DNA of 64,000 nucleotides, taken from the NCBI GenBank assembly GCA_964106645.2, contig OZ067054.1. One strand, given 5' to 3'. Position numbers and translations under genes: made by a program. This DNA comes from Podarcis pityusensis. Lineage: Eukaryota. How positions within the stretch are numbered: position 1 is the first letter of the stretch; each line of letters starts with the position of its first letter. Shown here in pieces: positions 1-12,915 of this stretch. The notes below the pieces were generated by a model. That model did no database searches, had not been told where the DNA came from, and was given only the letters and a program-made list of their open reading frames with translations.

Positions 1-519
1 TCACTTGGCCTGATCCTGCAGGGCTCTTAGGTTCTTAAAGAAACTTATTTCAACTGACATCTAGTCATATGCTGCTGTGCAAGTGGACACTTAAGCATAA
101 CTCTTAGGCGTAAGTCCCAACAGGATAACTATGAATGTGTAAGTGTAAATGTCAAAAAATAATAATAATAGTGATTGTTGACAGTTGCGCACATTAGGGG
201 CAGTTAATGGCCCTTGGTTTATGACCATAATTTCATCTTCAATACGCCAGGGGTGAGTAGGGCATGACCCGCATGTCCCTGCTCCAATTGGCCTAGAGTG
301 CAAGGCCAACCCACCTGGATGGTGCTGCGTGGCCAAGGTGGGTGGCACTGGGTTGCCATCCCCTCCCTGGTTGCGCAGGATGATGATGGTTTCCCTGGAC
401 CATCTGCGGCCACGCCCTGTGGCAAACATACACACACCCCAAGTCCTAGGTGAGTGAACATTGCCTTTGGTTTCTGACCATAATTTCATCTGCATTTGCA
501 CCATTGGCTTGTATCTAAT

Positions 520-872
520 GTAAAGGTAAAGGGACCCCTGACCATTAGGTCCAGTCGTGGGCGACTCTGGGGTTGCGGCGCTCATCTCGCTTTATTGGCC
601 AAGGGAGCCGGCGTACAGCTTCCGGGTCATGTGGCCAGCATGACTAAGCCGCTTCTGGCAAACCAGAGCAGCGCGCGGAAACACCGTTTACCTTCCCGCC
701 GGAGCGGTACCTATTTATCTACTTGCACTTTGACGTGCTTTCAAACTGCTAGGTTGGCAGGAGCAGGGACTGAGCAACGGGAGCTCACCCTGTCGCGGGG
801 ATTCAAACCGCCAACCTTCTGATCGGCAAGCCCAAGGCTCTGTGGTTTAACCCACTGCGCCATCCGTGTCCC
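520..872 (-). mobile_element. Sauria/Squam1 SINE, full length
   Basis: tRNA-like head with A/B boxes, (ACCTTT)n tail, TSD tatctaatgta at 512-522 and 875-885. Confidence 0.93.
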
Positions 873-1193
873 TATATCTAATGTAGCACCAGGTAACTGT
901 TACACCAGTGTAAGGATTTATGCTTGTCCAGTGGGACACCTCCCCCTTGTGCCCTCTAAGTTCAGAGCAGATCTGTGGGGAGTGCAGGGGTGCACATGGG
1001 GAAGAAGACAGAGTAAACTGCACTAGTGGAAATCCTTCCGCTGCTGGGACATAATCTACTTTATCTACTTTGTAGATTCTGACATTTACTTTGGTCAGCC
1101 TGGTAAGTCAAAACAAGCCCTGTTGTTCAATTCTTTTTTTTCCCTTAAGATTTACTGGTCATTTTCAAGGCAAACCAAGTGCCATTGATAAAA

Positions 1194-1224
1194 GTGGTTT
1201 AGACCACAGCGCCACCCGCGTCCC
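1194..1224 (-). mobile_element. 31-nt 5' head-only Sauria SINE insertion
   Basis: Reverse complement gggacgcgggtggcgctgtggtctaaaccac is the SINE 5' end. TSD tgccatt(g/a)ataaaa at 1180-1193 and 1225-1238. Confidence 0.8.
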
Positions 1225-2826
1225 TGCCATTAATAAAAAATCACCCCTATTTCTTGCAAAGGAAAAGAAGGCAAATGTTCATAGGGAGACATGCGTTCTT
1301 TGGTGCTTTTTTAGAGTGTTCACAGCAGTTTAGATACAGCTTAGTTAGTAGAGCATGAGACTCTTACTCTCAGGGTTGTGGGCAAACCACAATGGGCAAA
1401 ATATTCCAGCATTGGAGGGGGTTGGACTAGATGACCCTCATTGCACCTTCGAACCCTACAATTCTGTCTTAATGGCCTTTACAACACATCTTTGGAGTGG
1501 AACAGCATTATTGTCTCTATATTACAAAAGTTGGGGAAAGGGTCGCAGTAATGGCTTGCCTCGGGGCAACGAGTGAGTCGCCCATCCACATGGCGCACAC
1601 CCCTCACAGTTTTGCTTCACCGGTTCTCAATTTTATGTTAGTCATGTGTCATGTTTACAGCATGTGCTCTGAAGAGATTGCGGTGGCTCTGTCAGGCTCC
1701 TAAATGTGGCATAAAATCAATCCCTCAGTTCTATAGAAGAAACAGACTCAACTCCTGATAAAGATCATCTGTGGCTTCCTGTACTGGGGACGAAAAGTTG
1801 AACAAACTTAAAGGTCATCTGTGTTTATATTAAAAAATACTGGGTTGCACCATGTTTTGTAACAAAGTTGGGTCATTATTTATCTACTTATCCTTCTTTT
1901 CTTTCTTTTTCTTTGCTTTGCTTTGAGCTGTATGAGTTTGCTTATCGTGATATTTCCAAGTCTGTAAACAGCCGATGAGTAGGAGCTCTACTTCCCTAAA
2001 TAGAGTGTTAGCTCACTTTTTATTATCAGTACAATAGAGAACTGCCCATCTGTTGCTCTTTCACATCTGGAACCACAGATGCTCCCTCCTTGCAGCCATT
2101 AATTATTGCAAGGAAATTACTGCAGTGTGTTTACCAGTTATATTCTCTCTCACCTCTTCTCCTCTCGCTGCCTTACGCCATTGCTAGTGTCTTTGAGTCA
2201 TCACACTTTAGGAGCTGCCCAGGAAACCAGCAACTCTAGTCGCTCCTTGGCGTAATACATTTTTGGAGATGGGTATTATAGCAGCAAACATATGCATATG
2301 ACCGGTTGCTCATTAGTGTTCTGTTGGCTGCTCATTGTATATGTTCTTTCAGAGAGGTAAGAGAGCAAACTAGTACTTTGTAGCTATCTTCTAAATCTCA
2401 CCACAAACAAACAAGAAAAAAATAGGTATCAAGTTATTTGAGCAGGGCTTCCCAAACTGGTGTCCATGGACCACGAGTGACCTGCAAGCCTCTTTCAGGT
2501 GATTTGTGGCATGCCTGTGTATTTGTGTTTGAAGACGGAAGATGAAACATCCATCACAGTAAATACCCATATTGATTTTTTAATTGTCTTTTATTGCTTC
2601 TTTTGTTTCTTATATTGTCTTGTATAAAATACAATATATAAGAAATAAAAGAAGCAAATAAAAATACAATTAAAAAACCCCATAAAACATCTAGGACAAT
2701 TGCTACAACAGGCAGAAAAATCATAAAGTGGGCCCCTAAGGCTCTCAGCAGTTTTCAAGTGGACCCAGCATCTTATAGAAAGCTTATTTCTTTATGGCAG
2801 AAAACCAAAGTAGACTTGGGCATCCT

Positions 2827-3103
2827 GGGAGCCAGTGTGGTGTAGTGGTTAAGAGTGGTGGACTTGTAATCTGGGGAACCGGGTTCGCATCTCCGCTCCT
2901 CCACATGCAGCTGCTGGGTGACCTTGGGCTAGTCACACTTCTCTGAAGTCTCTCAGCCTCACTCACCTCACAGAGTGTTTGTTGTGGGGGAGGAAGCGAA
3001 AGGAGAATGTTAGCCGCTTTGAGACTCCTTTGGGTAGTGATAAAGCGATATATCAAATCCAAACTCCTCCTCTTCGTCTTCTTCTCTCCTCCTCCTCCTC
3101 CTC
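2827..3103 (+). mobile_element. tRNA-derived SINE (Squam3-like)
   Basis: A box tggtgtagtgg, B box ggttcgcatc, CT-rich (CTT/CCT)n tail; three copies in the window. Confidence 0.82.
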
Positions 3104-4088
3104 CATGAAATCTTTAAGAAAATTCTAAGTCCTTTCTGGATCAGACCATGGTTCCAGCTAGTCCGTATCCAACTGTGACCAGTTATGAACAGAACACAAG
3201 GGAGATACCGTAATTCCTCCTCTACTTGTCCTTTGCATCTCATCATTAGAGGTATATTATCTCAGAACATGGAGGTTCTCTATAGTTGCCATGGCAGTAG
3301 ACCTCTTCTCCATCAATTTTGTCCAGACTACTTTTATTAAGTGATTTATGATCGTATGTTCTCTGGGGACAGAGTTGTGGGCACCTTAAATACATTTCTT
3401 GTGGCATGATCTTTTGCAGACAGTACTGCATTGTCTTCTCCATTGGATACATTAAGTGGTAGACAATGAAGAGTTGGAGAAAATATATTGGATCCAACCT
3501 TTCCCTTCTGGGAACAGAACAGAGGTAGCATCCACAGGGTGGGACTTCCGTACCTTATCCTTCCCTCTGCAGGCCCCTGTCCCCAATTTGTGATCCAAGT
3601 GCTAACCTCTCTCACATGCACCCATAACCCATCAAGTTTGTGTGTGCGGGGGAGGGAAATATGGATTTAAAAGATAAATGCGCATATGCTGAAAGTAGTG
3701 ATACATTAGCATTCACTACCCTGGTGCCCTCTAGCTGTTTGGACTATAATTCCCATCAGCCCCAACCAAGATAGCCATGTTTGCTGGTGCTGATAAGGGT
3801 TGTGGTCCAAAACATCTAGAAGACACCAAGTTATTGAATGCTGCAGTGCATTAATTAAGTTCCAGCCGGTATATGTCTGCTTAACAGGGTTCTATATTCC
3901 TATTTATAGTTATGCAGCCAGTTTATTGTGGCTCGGGTGAGCTGTCATTCAGTTCTAGATCAAAACATACATCTGCATGGGATCAGAGTGCAGAAGCCTC
4001 TTTCCCAATGGCATAATCCTGCATACATTGAAAATACTAACCAGGCTCCCTTTGATCTATATATAAATGAATAGAGTTATTTTGTAAA

Positions 4089-4122
4089 AGAAGAAGAAGA
4101 AGAAGAAGAAGAAGAAGAAGAA
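4089..4122. repeat. (GAA)n microsatellite
   Basis: Directly visible. Confidence 0.97.
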
Positions 4123-5227
4123 TTATTTTAGAGTCTCAAAGCTGGTTTCACTACCATACAGTAGCATCACCATACTAAAAATGAATGCAGTGTATGAGTA
4201 TTTGCTGCATATATTCTTATGCTGATTTCATAGGCACATGAGAACTTGCAAAAACACACAGGAATCCAACTTCCTGGTAGTTCTCTTCTGGAGTTTCAAG
4301 AGAAGCATTACTTTATATACAATACTACTGTGAGGGAAGTGGAGTGGTCAGAGGCAGTGGATGTGAAATCACTGACATTACATCAGAAGACCCCAGTCTG
4401 AAGCAGTGCACTCCTCCCTGTATATATGTATGCTGTCCTGATGTTTTTAGTGTTCAGACTGGTATTCAAGCATGTTTTACTCAAAACAGGCCTAAGTTAG
4501 GTCCATTAGTTTCAGTGGGTCTACTCTGAGTAAAACTTGAAATCCAAACTCAATATTTGGGGCAAAAGAGCCATATTTTACATGTTAAAAGCTTTCTCTC
4601 TCTGAGCTGAAAATTCATGGTTTATCTCACTACAGCCACTATTTAGATAATTGCAGACAACAAGGACAGCTTACGCAAATTAGTGCCTGCATAACAAATG
4701 TCAGCAGACCAATTTACGTAAGTTGCACGCAGTTAAATTCGCAATATGGCTTTGCTTTTCCGGAACCAATATGCATCTTCAAATCAATGGGGGGGGGGGG
4801 TTTAGGACATGGTCTGAAGACAGTTGGGTCAACTGTGGGACCTGTTGCCTCTTCTACCATCTACAAGCAGACGATACAGCTTGCTTGCACAGTATGTTAA
4901 ATAGTATGTGATATTATACTCTGCTTCTCGGTCAGCAGCAGAATTGGTAATATAATTCCGTTCACAGTGCCTTATATTACTTGACTTCAGTTCTCCTATG
5001 TAGAGTGACTTCTGGGAAAGGAAAATGGAATATCAGGGGCAGGGTGGGGAAGGTAATTGGCTGTCACTAACAATTGTTTAATTTATGTAGACCTGTTCTA
5101 TCCTATTTCTTACTCATTGGTTGACCTATCTCATTGGACTATTTTCTTAATTCATTGATTTGCCTATCTCACGGTCCACCCGCTATTTCAGTTATGTGTT
5201 CTGCTCAGTTTTTCTGTGATCATATTA

Positions 5228-5826
5228 TAGAACTGTAGCGTTGGAAGGGAGCCCTGAGGGTCATCTAGTCCGGCCCCCTGCAATGCAGGAATCTCAACAA
5301 AAGTACCCAGTGGCGTAGCGTGGGGGGTGCAGGGGGGGCCGGGCGCACCGGGCGCAACATCTGGGGGTTAGGGTTAGGGGGCGCAAATCCACGGGTTAGG
5401 GGGCGCAAATTACTTGCCTTGCCCCGGGTGCTGACAACCCACGCTACGCCACTGAAAGCACCCATGACAGGTGACCTTCCAACCTCTGCTTAAAAGGGTC
5501 CAAGGAATTAGAGTTCACCACCTTCCGAGGGAACTGAACAGCTCTTAGCATCAGAAAGTTCTTCCTAATGTTTAGTTAGAGTCTCCTTTCTTGTAACTTG
5601 AAGCCATTGCTTCGAGTCCTACCCTCTGGAGCAGGAGAAAGCAAGCTTGCTGTACCTTCCATGTGACAGCCCTTTAGACATTTGAAGATAGCTATTATAT
5701 CTTCTGTCAATCTCCTATTATCCAGGCTAAACAGACCCAACGTCCTCAACCGTTCCTCATAAGGCTTGGTTTCCGGACCTTTATCATCTTGGTCACACAT
5801 TCGGGCTTATCAATATCCTTATTAAA
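5228..5826 (-). mobile_element. CR1 LINE 3' fragment
   Basis: PYEERLRTLGLFSL..RRL..D.IAIFK.LKG..GRTRSNGFKL is the CR1 ORF2 C-terminus; interrupted by a MITE. Confidence 0.92.
5308..5454. mobile_element. hAT MITE carrying TTAGGG repeats, inserted in CR1
   Basis: TIR cagtggcgtagcgtggg / cccacgctacgccactg; 8-bp TSD aaag(t/c)acc. Confidence 0.85.
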
Positions 5827-6029
5827 TTGCATTTTTTAGATTATCTCCCTTGGTTACCCATCGTACACAGATTCAGTTTAAGATTGTATACTACCTTTTA
5901 CATGAAGTATTTGTTAGGCTCTGTCATGTTTTTTTGCTTTCATTTTGTTCCCCCCATTAAAAACAACAACAGAATCTTCTTTATTATTGTTTTTTCTGAC
6001 TCCTGGAATTTACTGTATTCTAAAAAATA

Positions 6030-6381
6030 AGGATGCGGGTGGTGCTGTGGGTTAAACCACAGAGCCTAGGACTTGCCGATCAGAAGGTCGGCGGTTCGAA
6101 TCCCCGCGACGGTGTGAGCTCCCGTTGCTCAGTCCTAGCTCCTGCCCACCTAGCAGTTCGAAAGCACGTCAAAGTGCAAGTAGATAAATAGGTCCCGCTC
6201 CAGCGGGAAGGTAAACAGCATTTCTGTGCACTGCTCTGGTTTGCCAGAAGCGGCTTAGTCATGCTGGCCACATGACCCGGAAGCTGTACACCGGCTCCCT
6301 CGGCCAATAAAGCGAGATGAGCGCCGCAACCCCAGAGTCGGTCACGACTGGACCAAATGGTCAGGGGTCCCTTTACCTTTA
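6030..6381 (+). mobile_element. Sauria/Squam1 SINE, full length
   Basis: Same family; TSD tctaaaaaata at 6019-6029 and 6382-6392. Confidence 0.93.
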
Positions 6382-7555
6382 TCTAAAAAATAGGGGGTCA
6401 GTCATTGTGTATTTCTTTGTACCAGAAATCCAAGGTGCAATCTGGAATCCTTATAGCATCTAGTAGAACCCAATGCAAGTACATGAGCTATCTCCTTCTA
6501 AACTCCATTTGAAGACTATGGCTGTATAAAGACTTTAGGTTTGAACCCGAATACTGCTTTTCTTAGCGTCCATCGTAATGACAAGTTTTAGGAAATATCA
6601 AAAATATTGCTCACAATTCTGTTTTTACAGACCAACACAGATTCCTTTGCTTTTTTAAAATAACTGATTGTAAACCATATCCATCAATTTATTTAGAAAT
6701 CATTCCAAAGTTAGTAGAAAGCAGGAACACCCTGTTATCTTCCAATGTTGTAATTTTTGAACCTGCAAAATACTTTTTTTTTTTCAAAAGGCAGGAATAG
6801 CTGGTTGACACAAGAGGAAAATATGTGATCCATGGGAGTGCCCTCCCATATACCGGTAGGCATTTTGGGAAGAGGTGATAATCACTCTAAAGGGCAGGAA
6901 AGATACTGTGGCAGCACAGGCTCTTTTGTGTTTTGGTGGACCAGGAAAAGGAGACACTTTCAAAAACAAGAGGGCATGGAAAATACTAGGAGCAGCAACA
7001 GCCACAATCATTATTGTGGCTTTAGTAGGAGGGAGGAAATGGAAAGTCACTTACTTTCCTTAGGCTTGCACTTTGCTAATCTAGTCTTTTGCAGAGACTA
7101 AAGAACTAAAGAACAAGTGACACTTGTTCCATGTCCCTGTGTTTCAGTTGCCCTTTGCATCCACAATCTGTAAATCACGTTGCAGTAATCATAGGATGCC
7201 TTCACCCTATCTGGTAGCAAATAGGATGCATTCATGCCTATCTGGTAGGCATTATACGATTCCATTGTTGGCATTCCACCCGTGCCATCCAAACTGCCAT
7301 TCTTCAGCAAATATATTTTAAAGAGTGATTCCAGCATGGAACCATGGAATTAAATCTCACCAAGAACTTTGGTCAGTTTGGGCAGGAATGCAGACCATGG
7401 TTTTCCTGTCCCACGAAAGGTGTTAACTACCTTAGCATTGCTAGGATGATTTTTATATCCGTAAAAATATTAATATTAATAACAGAGTCCGTTAATTATT
7501 ATTGTGACTTTGTAGTTATTACACTTGTCTCAGACTGCTTTATTTAATGTTATTG

Positions 7556-8245
7556 CCTTTTTAAATAAAATAAATTAACAACTTTTATTAAGTTTTACAA
7601 TTTTATATTCAACACAATTATCATTATCGCATACAAAATATATGAATCCCAATCTCCCCCACCCCCCTCCCATGACTTCCCTCAACTTCCTCTTCTGGTT
7701 CTTTAAATATTTGCTTTTCCTGCCTAATTTATTATAGCTTAATTTTGTAATCTTTTATTTAAATATTGTTATATTCTTATCATTTTTATACCATATTTCC
7801 CAAATCACATCTTATGTTTTGTTATTTACCCAATTATTACCTCTTAACTTTTATGCTTATTTTCTTAATTGTAAGTGTTTACTCAAGCCCTGCTAGTGAG
7901 TCCACTTCTTTACAATGTTTCTGTAAATACACCATAAAAGGTTCCCAGTCCTTTTTAAAGTCTCTATTGTCCTTGTCTCAAGTTTTCCAGTTGGTTCTGC
8001 CATTTCAGCATATTCCATCATTTTTCTTACCGTTCTTCTTTCACTAGTATTTTGTCATCTTTCCATTTTTGGGCTAGTAATATCCTAGCAGCTGTTGTAG
8101 TGTACATAAATTAGTTTCTTCCATTCTTTTGGCAAGTCTTGACCTGTAATGCCTAACAAAAAGGCTTCTGGTCTTCTAACTAAGGTTATCTTAAGCATTT
8201 TTTTTCATTTCATTATAAATCATTTCCCAATAACTTTTAGTTACT
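7556..8245 (-). mobile_element. L1-clade LINE 3' fragment (degenerate)
   Basis: Minus-strand translation gives YWEMIYNEMKKMLK..PEAFLLGI..TAARILLAQKWK..MMEYAEMA; A-rich tail. Confidence 0.75.
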
Positions 8246-9751
8246 CATGTTATTCCAGGAATCTATGCATTTCCCCAGTCTTCTAGAAAATAATATATAG
8301 CTGTTTATCATCTGAGACTTAATTATGGCACTACACTAGTGCACCTTGTGCCAGATTTTACTCAACCATTCTCCAATCAGTTGTTGTTGCTGCTGTTGCT
8401 GTTGTTCCAACATATGCTTCTGTTTGTAGCTTCTTGAACTCTGGGAGGATGGGATCATCTGTCCCAGATGAGGTCACATGCTTCCTGAAGGATCATGTTT
8501 GCATCCCAGTTGCTCCTGGTTTATACCCTCAAAGCTCAAACAGCCGAGGCTTCTTGTATCCAATAAGGTAGCACATATTCCCCTCAACCTCAGGTCTACA
8601 AGGAGAAACCCTGCTCCGGGGGCCTCCTATTAAAGTGCTACGATAAATGAGCATCCAGGGTCGTGGTTTGAACTCTAGCATAAAGTTTCCTCTTTCAGAC
8701 TGCTAAAGCTTAACACATGGGAGTTCTCACAATGTTGTGTGGGTTTTGTTTTGGTATTTTTTTTAAAAAAGCATTATCCATGTTCATTTTCAAAGTAAAC
8801 TGGCCATTCATCAGGGCACATGAGGTACGTGTGCGGGGGTTTCTTATGTAAACTCACTTGGCTGGAATCAGTAAACATTTCTGCATTGTCGCAAATAATC
8901 AACAAGAGTGTAACAAATGCAAGTTAAGGCCTGTTTATCATTATGACTTTAAACTGTTTATAGGAAGGGGAGCACTTTGGACGTCCTTCAAGGGAGTGGG
9001 CAAAGCCATATGGGGTGGTTTTGGTTTGTTGTTTTCAGAGGGACACATGGTCATTATTATTATTTTTGCATCCATGTTGTGGCTAACATTTAACTGTTAT
9101 GATAACTTGCAATGTTTATGATTATTCTAGCAATATGATGATTTGAAAGCTATTAGACAGGTCTAAAGCTTAACTTGCATTTGTTACATGCTTGTTGACT
9201 GTTTGAGTACCTCACATGCCCTTTTGAATCACTAGTTTGCCCTGAGAAGGTGTGTGGATAATGCTTTCTCTGCCCACATAACATTATGAGAGATCCCAAG
9301 CATTAAGCTCCCAGCAGTTTACAAAGGGAGGCATAATGATTGAGATGGAAGGCACCACTCCACTTCTTGGGCGTATGCATCCTATAGGACAAAGGCCCCA
9401 GTAAAAAAGATAAAATGAACCCAGCTGTAGAGATCTTCATCAGAATTTATCTTTAAAGGTTGGGGTTTTGTTATTGTTTATAAGGATAATGTCTGCACAA
9501 CTTTTCATCTGGGGAAAAGAAAAAATGGCCAAGATAAAGTGGATTTTCTCATACTTGCTTGTGCAAAACACTGAAACATTCGCATGGATAATGTTTCTAA
9601 TTTCTGTTTCACCTGTTGAGCTTCTTAACATGTTTATACTCACCGATGAGAATGTACTGTATTGTTGTTTTACTGATGACAACAGTTGCCTTTTATCTCA
9701 GTTTTACAGCCACAAACAGTTCACTTTTGTCATCAGTATAAAACAACAGCA

Positions 9752-9903
9752 TTTCTTTTTCTTTGGCAATCACTCGTAGCCAGGTAAGATTGACTTCCAT
9801 GAACATGGTCTTAACAGTGAGTCCATAAGTGACTGTGGAGGCCAGTTCTGGAGCCACATGTCCTTTCACAGTGGGGACATAGGTTTCCGGACAGATCATC
9901 ACT
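9752..9903 (-). mobile_element. 3' end of the same RTE-clade LINE
   Basis: Reverse-complement match to 14112-14268. Confidence 0.8.
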
Positions 9904-10968
9904 TTTCTGCTATGATGATGATGATGATTTTATTACTTATACCCCACCCACGCTAGGCGGCTTCCAGTACATATAAAAACATAATAAAAAGTCAAACATT
10001 AAAACCTACCCAATACTTGGCTGCCTTCAGATGTCTCCTAAAGGTTGTGTAGTTCTTTATCTCTGTGAAATCTGATGGGAGTTCCACAGGGAGGACACCA
10101 CTGCCAAGAAGGCCCTCTGCCTGGTTTCCTGTAAGTTAGCTTCTCGAAGTGAGGGAACCGCCAGAATTTCTCTCTCTCTCTCTCTCTCTCTCTCTTAGTT
10201 TTCTTCTTTTAAGTTCATACTTGTGTTGTTTCAGAACAAGATGTACAGCGTATGTCTTTTCAAACAAAACAAAACCCAGTGCCAATGAAGATGTTACAGT
10301 CTCTCACAGTCGATGCGCCCAGCTGCATTGCATTTATATGGTAATATGCTAACTACGGTGTGTCCTTCGCTGGTCACAGGGATTATTAGTTCTTATTGCA
10401 AAATAAGAATCTTGCATCAATGGATCCTGTTTTTTTCCAGTGTTTGTTCCTATAACGTTTGTCCATTCAGCTTTAGGAGTATAATTTAGGTCTCACAGCA
10501 GTTCAAAAGAGCATCAAATCGCCTGTTTGGAATCTATTTTAAACAAAAGAAGACTGCATTTGGCAGAGCAGTAGTAAGAAAGAAAAGGAATAATGCAGAG
10601 CTAAACATTTCAAAACTCCTCAAAATATGAATGGATTAAATAAAACAGATGTGGGAAGGGAATAAGAGGTCAGTTGGTTCTCTGGAGTACCTCCATCAGT
10701 TCCCTCATAGCCCAGGTTCCCCATATAACTATGGATAAGAGCCAGCATTCTGACATAACCTTCTGCCATTTCATCCACATAGAAACAGCAAGCATTGCAG
10801 GGCGTGTTGCTCTTCATGTATATGAATATCCCACTCTGCTTGGCTAGAATTCATTGCAAGGGTTTGTGCCCTCCCCCCCATGGTCTAGCACCTTTTGCAA
10901 ATTCCTGCAACAGTATGTCTTAGGATGAAGTAGTGCTTTGAAGGCTATTGACCATAGCTGCTTACATT

Positions 10969-11326
10969 GGGCTGCATCCAGGCTAAATTAGTTAACTTTA
11001 GTTCCCATTGATATCAGTGGGAGCGTTAGTTGAGAGCCAGTGTGGTGTAGTGGTTAAGAGCAGTAGATTCGTAATCTGGGGAACCGGGTTCTCGTCTCCG
11101 CTCCTCCACATGCAGCTGCTGGGTGACCTTGGGCTAGTCACGCTTCTCTGAAGTCTCTCAGCCCCACTCACCTCACAGAGTGTTTGTTGTGGGGGAGGAA
11201 GGGAAAGGAGAATGTTAGCCGCTTTGAGACTCCTTAAAAGGGAGTGAAAGGCGGGATATCAAATCCAAACTCTTCTTCTTCTCTTCTTACGACTTAAGTT
11301 CAATTAATTTAGTCTGGATCCAACCC
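10969..11326. mobile_element. Old palindromic MITE (PIF/Harbinger-like) split by a SINE
   Basis: TIRs gggctgcatccaggctaaattagtt / aattaatttagtctggatccaaccc; 3-bp ATT flanks. Confidence 0.6.
11031..11289 (+). mobile_element. tRNA-derived SINE (Squam3-like), nested in a palindromic MITE
   Basis: Same family as 2827-3103. Confidence 0.82.
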
Positions 11327-12724
11327 ATTGTGGATCAAAGAACAGAAAGTAGAGAATCGTCGATAGAGAGAACACGGGTTTGCTTAACATTTGCATAATT
11401 TTTATGTATAGATGCAGATTTAGAAATAAGTATCCTAACTTTGCAGGCTCCTCAGTTTTTTTACCCCATTCCTTCACTCTGTGTCTCCAGCAAATAATGT
11501 GGCATAAGGGGTGGGGGAAAGCAAAAAGTCAGGAATGCTGAGCAAAAGGAGCAAAGGATGCATTTGAACATTGCAGTTTTATACATACTTAGCTTACACA
11601 GACTGAACTCACTGGGACTTGTTTCATAGCAGACATGTCTAAGATTACACTGTTAAACAGAAGAAAACTGCTCCCTTTTTGCTTACTTTTCTCATGTCTG
11701 TAAGACAGTGCAATTTCTCACATTACAAAATGCATACATAGAAGTGAAGGCACCTCTTATGAGATGATGATATACACAGGTGTATTACGTTTAACAAATT
11801 AATAAATTAATTTTTAAAACACAGACACACATATACACACACACATGGGTATATTCTACAGCAATGTGTATGAGTGTCACAATCAAGATTCAAGCAATAT
11901 GGATTCAAGATTACTGTAATGCATTAAAATTATCATAAGAATTTTGTAAAAATCTTAAGGACTCCTAAACAGATATTGTATTCCTAGAATTTGGTGTCCT
12001 TAACAAAGCTGTTCAGAGAAATGTCTTAAAATATGTGGACAACATAGGCCAATTATGCTGCTATCAGAATGGAGATTGCTTTTGCCATTCAAATAATAAC
12101 AAAAACTATGCTTGAGTTGCTTTGCAATTCATTTGTAAGTGAGAGGCAATTAATCATCAATTGACAAACTCAATCAGTGAAATTAGATTTTGCCTCTTTA
12201 GCCAGAACAAAGGCCAAAGTAATTATCAATGGTAGATGGACTACCTACTTCAGATTAATGACCTTTGGGCATCCTCATGTACTTTCTCTCTCTCCTAATT
12301 TTAAAACTTCAAGGCATTTGCTTATAAAAAAGATCACTGAACATTCCTTGGCTGCCCCCAAGAGTTTCCAAAACTAACAGAGCAATCCTATCTCACCTTG
12401 GAACGTTACAAGTGTCCCAGCATGTGGTTTGTGGTTGTCTCTCTGAATGCTTCATTGACTGTATGAATAGATTAGCAGCGCTCTTCAGTCAAGAAAAGAA
12501 TTAACTTTAGTCCTTCTGCTGCGTTTTCTGTTCCATCCCAAATCATTGTTGCCAGAAGAAGACCTAAAAGGTTGGCCTCACCGCTGGTGGCTGTAGCCAC
12601 ATTTATATCCACTTGAAGCTGCATCCTGTTATTTATTTATTTTCTCACTGAGCTACATTCAGATTACAGTTCCTGCTTCTGACATTGCTGTTCTAGTGCT
12701 TAGCTACTTTATCCACCCTCCCTT

Positions 12725-12915
12725 CAGTAGTGCAGCTAGGCAGGGGTGGGCCAGGTGGGTGGGGGCTTAGGGTGCCACTGCAAGGGCCCATCCCCAAAAT
12801 TGGCAGCTATGGAATTTAGGCAGCTCCCCTACATAAAGCTCAGTAACTGATTTTCCAAAAAAAGGTCAACAAATTTGATCAACCCCTGGTGCTGGCGGGG
12901 GTTGCTACACCACTG
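12725..12915. mobile_element. hAT MITE
   Basis: TIR cagtagtgcagc / gctacaccactg; 8-bp TSD cctccctt. Confidence 0.75.

Noticed and set aside
91-822. Recurrent ORFs such as MTKPLLANQSSARK / MSAATPES
   Set aside because: Translations of Sauria SINE copies.
2827-2900. tRNA gene
   Set aside because: The A/B boxes belong to SINE heads; no cloverleaf acceptor stem.
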